Assembly: GCA_023334545.1 (NCBI GenBank) | Contig: JAADVB010000069.1 | Location: 10,599-74,598, forward strand | Source: Salisapilia sapeloensis CBS 127946 | Taxonomy: Eukaryota > Protista > Oomycota | DNA: 64,000 bases | Reading direction: 5' to 3' | The notes under the pieces: model-generated | The model's input: the letters and a program-made list of their open reading frames with translations, nothing else | Told to the model about the DNA's origin: nothing | Database searches by the model: none | Shown here: in pieces, positions 38,158-49,393 of the stretch | Numbering within the stretch: position 1 is the stretch's first letter | How the letters are laid out: every line of letters begins with the position of its first letter | Translations under genes and position numbers: made by a program

Positions 38158-39269
38158 AAGTAAAAGATAACAGAGCCAATTGTGTATTGATATCCTGCAA
38201 GTGTGCATACATCCTCTTTTCTTTTCTATCAAGCCGCTTGAAGTCGCAAGATGATAATCGTGAGAACCTTCGTTCGTTTGTATTGGATACAGTGCAGGCT
38301 TCGACTGACAACTACGTTGTGACGATAATCACGCCGGACTTGTCGAAATTGAAGTAAGGATAAGATAGTCTATTGGGGATTTCAAAGTCTCCATGCTGTA
38401 TCTTCATATCTATTTACAAAAGATTCACTACAAGACAAGAAACTGCCACACAGGCAGTTTCTACTCGAAAGACAACCATTCTATTATTAATCGCAGCATG
38501 AAGTTACTACTTTTCACTTCGATCCTGTCTTCCTCATTATAACACCACTGCTCATCTTTAATCGATGAATTACTTTTGAGTAATAAAGCACAGTCTATTG
38601 TATAGTATAATTCGTTAGATCTAGATGAAGGTGAATGTTGATAGCATAAATGTGAGCTTCTGCTGGTAAAACCCGCTCTGGACGGGAAAAAGCAGTGGGC
38701 CAGTTCGCGTTAAGTGATTCGGCTGGGCCTCAAGTATCATACGTACACCCCTGCCGCGTATCATTGGATGAATGGATCACTATGATCGCTAATTCGCCTC
38801 GTATGCGGTGGACAAGTGTCTTGAAACTACGTTGAGTGCCTAGTGGGGAGCTATCGACTGCGTAAGCAAGTGGGGACGATATCGTCCTGACCAGTCCTAA
38901 GATATACCTTCAATAAAGCTATGTATTATGTACCGAACGCGTAGGATCACGAAGCTGAATCTTTCTGAGTAGCAAGTCGCACCGTGGAATGCAATGACTA
39001 CGAAAAGGCGAGCTTTCACTATCTCTGCTTGCTCCCAACCTCAACATATACTCATATATATTGGGATAACATCATGCTAGCACACAAGCCCCATCTAGCT
39101 GGCTTAATGAAAATACTTTTGTGCTTGCTAGGCGGAGTGTGGAAGCCAAGTTTCCACTTGTCAGATAGTTCATCTTTGAGTTGCAGCTTACCAGATGTCA
39201 ATGTTTGTGGTGGTTTTCAATGGGGTATATTCAACCCTACCAGGAACAATCGATCGAATTGACGCGACA

Positions 39270-40386
39270 ATGGTGTACTACTTCACTTCTTCCGGTAGAA
39301 ACTAGCTTCTGACGATTAGATACAAGAATGCACACATGATAGATAAATAACATGTATACACTAGAGGGCCACACGATTTACATGGGCAAGGACAAGCATG
39401 AAAACGAAGAACTCATTCGATATGGCTTCTTGGAGGACATTTGGTAGACTGCGTTCTATGCATATTTACGTACGTAGCTTATTTATCTATGCACTACAGG
39501 TTCCATGTAGATGATCTGTCTTCTGCGCACGTGTACTTGCGACTACCTATTGTACGAGCGATATTAAACTCGGAAGTTAGGACAAATATGTACAAATATT
39601 AACCGGTTAAATGCATCAGGGCAAGTCCAAACTCGACGATATCTCCTCTACTTGTCTGGAAGAGTGTGCTCAGCTAGTAAAAGTACTATATACAACCGTA
39701 TTATGCCATTGGCTCTTTGTCTAACGCTTTCTGCTATCAGGAAAACTCGATTGAAGGCTCGAAAAAGAAATCTGTCGATGTGGTACGCAGTCTTACCAAG
39801 CTAGCTTTATTGCTAGACTAACGTACATCTCAGGTATATACCAAGTGGCGAAATTTACAGAAAACACCGTCGATGGAAGTGGGTCAAGTTGGATTTAACC
39901 ACCCGGAACGGGTAACTATGTACTATATGCCTAGTTGACATAACCACATTAATGTTTCTTTATCAGTTGCGAAAATACGAAGGTGTAGAGAAGAATCGGG
40001 ATATTATCAAAGCTTTAAACAAAACCAAGACTGAGGCGCATCCGAATTTGGAGCGTATGTAAATTTTTATAACGCAATTTGAGAACCTATTGACATATCC
40101 AGACGAACAGAGGAGCGGTGGGAACGTGAGAAATTGTACAAGGCAGAGAGAAAGAAGGAGGCTTTGCGAGTGCAAGAAGAGCAGAAGCGATCAAAAGAAG
40201 AGCGTCGAAAGGAAAAAGAGCTACGGAGCTACACGTATGACATTTTGCGTTCTTCAAGTTTGTTTTCTAAACTAACAAGAGGATAGGAGCTTAATGTCGA
40301 GAGACAATATCGAAAAGTCGGCCAACAAGGTGACCGCGTCTGCTGACCTCAGCAGCGTCAACGAGTTTGAAGAAGATTTTATGTAA
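39270..40386 (+). CDS. CCDC25: CCDC25/Jlp2 (NFACT-R, DUF814) protein, about 8 introns
   Basis: Not in the ORF track. The spliced product reads [51 protein letters not shown]...CAQLVK-ENSIEG...[20 protein letters not shown]...FEEDFM*. Confidence 0.9.
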
Positions 40387-41117
40387 TTTCTTCGCATTAA
40401 TACACCAGCCTTCGTCCAAATGATTCGAAAGCATTCTAGCTAGCTATTTCCATGGCTTCACAAGAGACTCTGCCTTCCACTGCTTCCATCTACTACAGAA
40501 TGGTGCGTGTGTCGAAATAGGCATGAAGGTAGATGGATATTTGTATCGTGCTTGAATAGCCTACCATTATGACTTGCTTACAGACATCCCAACAAGCTAA
40601 AAATGCTTCTGGTCTACGCGACAAGTACACTTTGTAGGCAGGCCGGAATCCATGATCAGGTGGATTCGATACAAAGAAGCCTCATATTATAATAGAAGGA
40701 TGCCGTTGCTGCTTCGATGATCCTTCATATCAAGAACAAAGGGAAGGTACGACACCCAAAGCCAAGATCAGTCAAGATATACAACAGTATGGCATATTTG
40801 TAAACTTGGTGGGTGCCATATCATTCCAAATCTTCTCTCATGGGAACTTAATAGACTCCACATCTTTTTACACTATAAGCTAAGAATATTATTTGCAGAA
40901 GTCTTACCTTAAACTAGCATATAATCAAACAAATATACATACTCAAGTGCAAATGAATTGCGCTCGAGTGAAGCTTTATCTTCCGACGATAAGGAGCGAG
41001 AGCAGCACAAAACATTTATATTTATTTTCCTCTATTTGTACAAATTACTGTTGAAATAGTTAAAATGCTATGTTTTGCTGATGTCTCTCCTCTGATTTTG
41101 TCACTATAAAAAGTACC

Positions 41118-43482
41118 ATGAGTGCGAGCTCCGTGGACCGAGCTCGAGACGACGTTGTTGGCAGCACTAACTCCATGCAAGCCACCAACGACAATGCGAA
41201 TGGAGATGCCATTGACCGGCAAGTAGAGCAATGTCTTCAGATGCTGCGTGGCAACTCGGACGAACACAAGTTTGCTGGATTATTGATGGTCGCCAAGCTG
41301 CCGGACATGACGAACGAACGAGTAGAACAAGTGCATCGAAGTGTCCTGGATACTGTCGGCACAGCGTTCTTCTATCGGCTATTACTGACAAAAGGTAGAT
41401 CCTATCTCTACTCCTCTACCGTCTCTACTGTCGTCGAAATGTGACTGACATGTATATTGCGTTCATAGGACCAAATGAAGAGGAAGAAGACGACATGACA
41501 TTCCTTAAACTCGGACTTAACCTCATCTCTGGGTATGCTTACTACGAACTACATTGCGTCTGGAGTTATTGACAACCTTCCGTAGCTTTTGCCGGAATCA
41601 GAGCATTGCGGGTGAATTCGCTCAAGAGCAGCTTCTACGCTTCCTTCTGGAACAGCTGAATACGAGCAAGCTAAGCGAAATTCATCACGACTGTCTTAGT
41701 ATCCTCGGACACATTGCATCGACACCGAAAGGAGTCGATCTACTCACGCAAGAAACTCTTCTCACACGTATCTTTTCTGCTTTAAAGCAGTCTTCCCGTG
41801 CTGCACACGATCAAGAGACGGAAGAAAACGAGGATGAAGAGCCGACAAAGCAACGATCAAGCTCCACAGATCTTTCGCAGACGGTGGATGGCTTCTGGGC
41901 TCTGTTCGAGCAGCTTTCTGCTTCCTCCACCTACTGGCAAAACCTCCACCACTGTGATTTCTCATTCATTTGTTCCTCTTTCACGCAACTACGTGGTCAT
42001 ACGTCTCGACGTGTCCTCAGTGTCTTCTTAAACTACCTTCCGCTCCTGGAATCGAGCCAGGCGCCTGCCGAACTACTCACTAGCCAATGTCTATCGGACA
42101 TTCGCATCGGCATCTTGCGCTTCTTACGCGCCAAGTGGCCTCATCAAGAACGAGACGACTGTTTACGCCTTCTGAACCTCTTGATGGAGCAAGCTGGTGT
42201 CGCTTGGATGCTCCCAGGCACCACGCTTCGGTCTCAAATTCCACCGGAAGAAGTGTCTGGTGGCAAATTCATCCTTTTTCTCTTTAAACTAGTGTCTATG
42301 GAGATCAAATTGATGCTAGATGAAGTGGAACTAGCTGTCGTTCGTCCGGAGGCAGAAGAAAAGTTTGAACAAGTGGAGGAACAGGAACGACGGGAAAAGG
42401 AAGTGAGTCGTGTCCTACGGATGCTACCAATATGCTACAATATCGTAGAAACAATCATTGGACAGCTTGTGGCGAGTGATAACGACGACCTCGTCTTGCC
42501 GTACGACGTTCTTGTCGAGATGAAAGAAGCTGTGACACAAGCCTTTGCGGTTGTATTAGAATTCCTTACGTTGGCGAGAGGATACATGGACACACATCGT
42601 TTCCAGCAGCTTACAGAAGAGCAAGACGAAAGTGTGTATCAGTTGCATGCTGTCGTCTACGCCAGCATCCGTGTCGTGAGCTCCTGGATCGCAGAAGATG
42701 TAGATGCTTGTCTCTCTCAAATCATCGATCTCGTCCCATTCCTCGTCTGCTACCAGCCGATGCTCAATCGTCTTCCACAAGTAGATTCGGACGATGAAGT
42801 GGATTCAGATGATGAACTCGCAGACCTCTCGACACAGTTCCACCGTTTCAACGCACATGACGTCGATCCTCTCCACTTTTTACTTCCAGGTCTACTACAA
42901 GTGAGTGCTGTACCGGAAGGCGCGGCGGAGATGGCAGAGAACAAGCTTGTGCTGAAGCGAGTGATGCAGTTCTGTTGCTCCATGTGTATCGAAATGTCAG
43001 AAGGAGTGGCCGAGCACGGGAGTATCCCGACACTAACACTGTGTCTTGGTGTCCTGATCAACTTGATCTTGATCCGAGGTAGTGGAGGTGAGACCGTGGA
43101 TTCTACGAATGACTTGCCTAATAGTGAAGAGTGGTTCCGAGCGCTCGGCTTCTTGCTGCCGGTTGCGTGTGCGAGTGGAAAGCAACTGGAGGCAGATGAC
43201 ACGTTGACTGGAGAGGAGAGAGGGGAAGACGATCGATATGTGATGCTACTACATGCTATGTGCGTCGTACTACTGATTGGAAGTCACTTCCAAGAGACAA
43301 AGAAGCGACCCTGCAGGTTACCAGAGGCGGTGGGAGATCTCGTGGATCCGTTCAACGCTTCACTCAAGTGGCTTATGGCCAACCCTCCTGACGTTGCTTC
43401 TGAATCGAGCATGGATTTGTTCCAACTCGTGCAGTCTGTCGCCGCGAGGTGTCAAGTCACGCACCAACTAGTTGCTGTATAA
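41118..43482 (+). CDS. NCDN: Neurochondrin-like ARM-repeat protein (2 introns)
   Basis: QCLQMLRGNSDEHKFAGLLMVAK, DTVGTAFFYRLLLT, VYASIRVVSSWIAED and DPLHFLLPGL match neurochondrin family motifs. Confidence 0.75.
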
Positions 43483-46400
43483 TTCTTGATTGAAATGAAG
43501 ATGGGTATTGATCTACTACTTTGTCGTTTCACGTGCGAATCATGCAAGTACTGGTAGTGATCGAAAAATTCCTTTGCGTGGTAAGCGATTCATTGTACAC
43601 CTTTATCGGAGATCTTACATGTACATGCAGTCTTGTTCCTCTAGACATGGTACTGACAAGAGCTAGTAGAAAGAATTGGAATATTTAGGATCTACTAGTT
43701 ATAGTGATGAGAATCTTGGGTCAAGAACATGCTCTATATGCTTCGATCTAGAGATAAAGAATGCATTTCGGGACGTTTATATTACTGCATCCTCCGAGTG
43801 GAGTATCAATTCACGAGTGGATATTAATACTGGAGCATATTGCTTGCTTTTTTATACTAGTGATCAGCTTGACGACATTTCGGTTTGGAGCATATTTGCC
43901 GGCACAACAATAGTAGAGACGATCTCTACATAAGAAAAAGAGACTGGATTAGAAATTCGTGGAGCTGCTTTGATTTTTGCATTGTCGTGGATTAGAATTT
44001 GATTCTCCATCCTTTCCTTCCGTTGCGTATCTTTTATAGTAGGAATGAAGAAATTATACGCTAAGATTCTTTGTTACTGGATTTATCAAAACAACGTGAG
44101 CCCAGACAACTGACCTTTTATTCATGCTTCTTCATGGTGTTTCCAGTAGGTAACGTAATTAATAGTGTCTGGGCTAAGTATTTATTAAGCATAGCTTTCT
44201 TGAATAGACGAAAAGACAAAGTTGATTTCAAAGTTACCATCTCCTACTCCACAACCAACCTTGCTCTAAGTTTATCCTTCCGACTGAGCGTTCTGCTCAA
44301 CGTAGTTTTCTGTCAGTCTCCTTCCAGCCGATCTTTCCGCACGCACCTTCAGGATATATCACGCTTCAAGTTGACATCGAGTAATCGTCAGATAACTAAA
44401 AACGGTACACATGCCTGCGAGCACCTGACGCTCAAATCCTCGCTCATATCAGCTTATTGCTAAGGTGCACCATAGGCTTCCTCTCCTTTCTTACTTACGA
44501 ATGCTATTGTAGCTAGATAGCCTCTATCTTGTGCATGAGAGCTGGTAGATCCCTCAAAGTTTTCAAAGCATTGCTCGTGGAGAGACTCCCATACATCCGC
44601 AGACCCTGTGTTTTCACAACTTACGAAAGACTCTGGTGTAAAGACGCAAATGACGAAAGCAGGGAATAGAAGTCGATGCGCGAACATTTTCCTGATGCTT
44701 GATTATATACTTGTAAACGTCGTGAGAGTTGGAAGCCTAATGTCGAAATGAGCACTCCACTACTTTTGGATTCATGAGATCCCGAGGATTGCGTGAGAAT
44801 TGGAGGATGTGGTCATGTACGCGAACTTGACTGTCATAGTGTTCATGGTAACTTCGAAGAATTGTTTTCGAAACGTCTTCGGTATAGAGAGCAGGCCATG
44901 GATTGCTTGGCATTTATAGATGATAATTTTTATAGCTTGATTGTTGAGCGTCATAACATACCTCGGTTTGTGTTTCTATCGATTCCATCTTCTTGCGCAT
45001 GAGGAGCACTTGATGTAAAGCATTCTTATTAGAAGATGGAATCTGGTCGCTGCATGAAATAGAAAGTGGCTTGAAGGTCATCCGAGGTTAATCCGAATCC
45101 AGATATAACCTTACACTGAACAAAACTGTGTAGACTTTCGAACTTAATCTACGAGCACTAGCTTTGCACTAAAGAAGTGGGTCAAAGCTGAAAAAAGCAA
45201 TTTGACTACAGAAAATGTTTCTCGTTCCGAAAAACTTAATAATGAGGTTAATGTGATAGGGCTAGCGCAAGAGAAACCACCGTTCTAGCTGAGTGGTTAG
45301 AAGCAAAATATGCTCTCCAATACGATTAATAGGGGGTCAAAGTTAATAAAAATTGGGCTTAAATTGAGGCTTTGTTTTTGCTTACTTCTATGCACGGTTC
45401 TTGCTTATGCTTATTATAAATTCAAGCTACGTATGGAGGTGGCTTAAAATGATTTTAAACAGAAGCGACGCTTCATACGGCAACTTGCTCATTATTTTAA
45501 CTTAATGCACGAAAGTAAGCAAATGGATCTGCTTATTTGTAACTTCAAACGGACTGACAGTTGGTGCCTAAAGCTGCTTAGAGGTAGAGCGATAGGCTGC
45601 GTAATATCAATCGCATAAGTTGTATCTTTGACCTCATAATATGCGCAGGATAAAATCATTCGGGGTATGGAAGTTTGGCCGGAAAGCACAATGTCTTTCA
45701 TCAATACATTTGTTTGAGTTGACTTTTATAGCTATGCTCCTAGTTCATGCCCGTAAGCTATTTCGACATAGCCTATCATGAAGAGTAAATGGTGGAATAT
45801 AAGAGCGTCTCGGAGCGTTGTCTTTTACGCCATGTACATACTGTTGATCCAGGGCGTAATTTGACGACAATGTCCCAAGATGTTCTGCATTGTAAAATTT
45901 TAATGTTATACCCAGTATGCACTCTGGATGGATGACAAGTCCTCTGCAACGCCTTCCGATCAATCTTTTTGCACATCAGATTCTAGTAGAAATTGACCAG
46001 AAAGTCGAGGTTTTGTATTCCTAGGCAAGTGTTATGCAATGGAAACGTAGTCCGCAAATACACTTTATCAAGGACAATGCGACGAAATCGAAGCCTCCAA
46101 GTTTCCACAACCCCTTCACCGTTAGCATGCAATTCTGGGTGTCTATAATCTCTGTTGCAGAGCCTAACTGACGCTTACTCTTTCTGGCTTTCTCTCGAGC
46201 TACTTCCAAATTTGCCGCTGCTAAAGTAGGCATAACATTGGTCGAGCAAGCCTAGCATTTGCAGTGAGAACTATACACCTCCTAGCGATTTACGGTAGCA
46301 GCAGCAGATGACAGAATGTCCACTATCTATTCGTGCTAATGTCGACATAGTGAATCTATTGGGTAATTCAGATCACTAATCTAGTTTAGAGACCCTTGAA

Positions 46401-47085
46401 TGAGTGCGGAACAAAGGCAAGCTACTCCTCTCTGTTACTTTGTTTTGTATTTCCAGGCAGAATTCGATCCGCAGCTGACATGCGTTTTGATCGTGCTACA
46501 AAGATCCATAAATTGTATCAGCGCCATCGATGGAATGTCGGATTTCGAAGCGGCTGAGTAGCATGCTGAAGATTTATTTAGATGGGCATTAAAGTTGGAT
46601 GCATGAGCTCTTCTATCATCTATAAAAGCAAAAGTGAGCTTTATCTCCGTCGATTCTGACCGGATATTTCCTGTAAAAGATATCGTTATTCTGACATCCA
46701 TCAAGGGAAGGTCTCTATACTGATCGATCCTGACACCCAGTCGTTAACTCGTATAAGATTAAAAGCCAACACCCCCCCCAAATAGATTCTTGTTGCCGTT
46801 CATCCATTACCTCTACGCTACTAAAAAAGATGTGGTTCAGTATCACGTCCTCCAACTCGTACGCGTCCAACCCAGGACCAGATCCAAGTTCAACTCGAGC
46901 ATACATTTCTCAAGTCATCCACAATCAGACGACACGTCGCGACAGTAACTGACGTCTGCGTTTATCTCCACAGACGCTGGAATAGAACCAGTCCTCACAC
47001 CTGAATTATCCTCCGACCGTTCACGCCTTCGGATCCAACAGCTCCAAGAAGCTATTAACGTACTTTACGTGTCCAAGGAAGCGTC

Positions 47086-48435
47086 ATGAAAACTTCCTAC
47101 GCCTTCTACCTCACCATTGGGGCGGTCGCGCTCCTGACTGGCGCCACCGTCGCAGACGTCAAGGAACCACCCAAGTATTACTGCGAGTCGGACGCAGACT
47201 GTAAGAAGAACTTCCCAGGTACCGTCTGCATCACGGTCGACAGCTATGGCATCAAGTACAGCAAATGCACGCCCAACACCAAGGAGCGTCCTGCGTGCCG
47301 AGGCGCGCAGCCTGGTATGTGCCCGTCATACCAGAGCCCGGAGAGTGATTATCTGAACGCCCACTGCGTCTTCGTCGCCAAGGACGATGTTGATGTCGAC
47401 GATGAGGATGAAAGCCCCGCTACTTCTGGGGAAGAAAGCGAAGCGGATGAAAGCACGAGTGGATCGGAAGAGGAAGCTTCGGAAGAGAGCTCGAGCGACC
47501 GTCGTCGCTTGGCCAGTGGTTCGGAAGATACCTCTACTAGCGATAAAGCAGCGTCCGACTCTACCTCTACCAAGTCATCTACTAGCTCTAAATCTACAGC
47601 AAAGTCTGCTGCTGCCGAGGAATCTGCTGCCTCGGAAGTTGATGAGAAGTCTGCTGCGTCTGAATCCTCTACCGCAACCGATGAATCGGCCACTGAGGAC
47701 GAATCTGCTGAAGCTGAGCCGATTGATACAGATAAGTACACGACCGTGACGATCAACAAGAAGAAGGTGAGTGGCGAATTTATGTGTGTCGACGTCTCGG
47801 ATTGCGAGAACAAGGCGTACGATCCGTCCTCTTGTGAATCGAAAAATTGCGGATCTCCTGGTAGTAAAGAGATTTGCACCCACCAGGGTACATGCACATA
47901 TGCGACGAAGCAAAAGATGAGCCAACGAAGCTGCATGTGCTACAAGGGCTACGATGGACTCAAGTGTGAACGCGAAGTTTCGGGCGAATGTGATGTTGAC
48001 TGTGGCTACGGTGGTGACTGTGTCGACGGCGAGTGTGTGTGCAAGGCAGGATACGATGGCAAGAAGGTTGATGGCAAGCAGGGAAAGCCAAACCGCCGTT
48101 GCTCTCGCTGCACGAACGATCTCGCTTGCCAGAACGACAACAAGTGTGAACTTGAGACTGGCACGTGCAGCTGCAGCCCTGGCTTTAAGGGCCCGACGTG
48201 CGGTGCTACGGAAGACTCTTGCACGACCAAGGACTGTGGCGAGAAGGGTAGCTGTCAGGTCTTTGGCAACGGTACGTCTGCCTGCTGGTGCACTTTCATG
48301 AACCCGGACAAGGTCCTGTGCGACGGTACGGACTGCAGCGACTGTGAGGTGGACGGCGCAAACGTCTACTTCCCGAGTGGACTGGTGCTTGGCGTTACTA
48401 GTGTTGTCATTGCGTTGGCACAAGTCGTTTTCTAA
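47086..48435 (+). CDS. Secreted, probably GPI-anchored surface protein with a Cys-rich N-domain, Ser/Glu/Ala mucin-like linker and EGF-like repeats
   Basis: Signal peptide MKTSYAFYLTIGAVALLTGATVA; EGF-type CMCYKGYDGLKC, CVCKAGYDG and CSCSPGFKGPTC; hydrophobic C-terminus ending at the stop codon. Confidence 0.8.
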   Translation: MKTSYAFYLTIGAVALLTGATVADVKEPPKYYCESDADCKKNFPGTVCITVDSYGIKYSKCTPNTKERPACRGAQPGMCPSYQSPESDYLNAHCVFVAKDDVDVDDEDESPATSGEESEADESTSGSEEEASEESSSDRRRLASGSEDTSTSDKAASDSTSTKSSTSSKSTAKSAAAEESAASEVDEKSAASESSTATDESATEDESAEAEPIDTDKYTTVTINKKKVSGEFMCVDVSDCENKAYDPSSCESKNCGSPGSKEICTHQGTCTYATKQKMSQRSCMCYKGYDGLKCEREVSGECDVDCGYGGDCVDGECVCKAGYDGKKVDGKQGKPNRRCSRCTNDLACQNDNKCELETGTCSCSPGFKGPTCGATEDSCTTKDCGEKGSCQVFGNGTSACWCTFMNPDKVLCDGTDCSDCEVDGANVYFPSGLVLGVTSVVIALAQVVF

Positions 48436-48508
48436 GTCTCTTTGTCCTCTTTGCAAGGATTACAATACCACTCTACTTTTACATACCTCTGGAAACGAAA
48501 TGATTTGT

Positions 48509-48838
48509 TTATTGGGCTTGATCGACACTCATCATGAGCGTGATCGTGTCGCCTTTTAGAAGGATACGACCGATGGGCGTACGTGTGAGCTTCTTCACGT
48601 CTAGTTCCTGCGCGTCGTCTAGCACGAGGTTCATGTATTCGTCGAAACCCATGATACGGCCTTCAATACGCGTGCTCGTGTTCTCATACAGCCAGACTTG
48701 TACCCTCGATTTCTATAAGGTGAATATTAGATGGATTTGATGATGCAGGTAGAGAAAATAGGTATGATGTACGTTCTGGAGGAACCGGAACATGAGGTTG
48801 ATCGGCTGGGTCATGGGTTTCTGGACCTTGGTGCTCAT
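48509..48838 (-). CDS. SNRPE: Small nuclear ribonucleoprotein E (SmE), 1 intron
   Basis: [20 protein letters not shown]...[30 protein letters not shown]...[13 protein letters not shown]. Confidence 0.95.
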
Positions 48839-49127
48839 GATGCTTGCTTGTGATTAAAATTCAGTCGATCGACGTGTCTAAAAAGTGGGTCTGTATGTTC
48901 ACAGAAGACGAGAGAGCGGGCGAAAGGAGTACATCATCGGATTCCAAATTGACAAAAGTGTTAGATTAACTGTAAAGACTTGAGGAATACGCAGCATGCG
49001 GAGAGCGTACCTGTGCCAAAGAGATGCTGTCGAATGGATTCCCCGGCAGCGCTCTTGCGTTTGAGTCGAGCAGTATTGATCATATTTTTAACCAATTAAG
49101 CATAAGTCAAAGAAAATAGCGTTTATA

Positions 49128-49140
49128 TGATTGGATGAAA
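49128..49140 (+). promoter_or_regulatory. CCAAT-box-like element (TGATTGGATGAAA) in the SmE/carnitine acyltransferase divergent promoter
   Basis: GATTGGnnGAA motif, with a second CCAAT at about 49092. Confidence 0.5.
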
Positions 49141-49367
49141 TGAAAATACGCTGGAGTACCTTACTGAGACGGACCGTAGAGCTTGTATATGAAGCGTCCG
49201 ATCTACTTGCCACATTTTCTACTCTTTTCATCTTTTCTCATATCCTCTCCTTTCACAAATGATAACGAGACATAGCTTTATTATCATTTCGTGTTGCGTA
49301 TACAAATGTCATCTCCTAACACGCAAACTTGAAGTTATCACGTTTGCATCGTTTTTTCCACCAACGA

Positions 49368-49383
49368 GCTCACTTCAGAATTC
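49368..49383 (+). promoter_or_regulatory. Oomycete-type INR+FPR core promoter (GCTCACTTCAGAATTC)
   Basis: Exact fit to GCTCAYTYBNNNWTTY, ending 10 nt before the ATG at 49394. Confidence 0.7.
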
Positions 49384-49393
49384 CATCTAGAGC

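Noticed and set aside
38899-38910. AAGATATA resembling the group I intron S element
   Set aside because: It is followed by CCTT rather than GTC and has no correctly placed P7 partner, so a group I intron cannot be called; kept only as a generic structured-RNA candidate.
38884-38947. CCTGA...GCGTAGGA resembling a TPP riboswitch 3' half
   Set aside because: The spacing is wrong and the conserved CTGAGA segment is absent.
43676-43933. ORF with DISVWSIF vaguely like a PIF/Harbinger transposase motif
   Set aside because: The match is too short and no other catalytic motifs are present.
47349-48456. 195-aa and 293-aa minus-strand ORFs over the EGF gene
   Set aside because: Antisense to a low-complexity, well-supported CDS.
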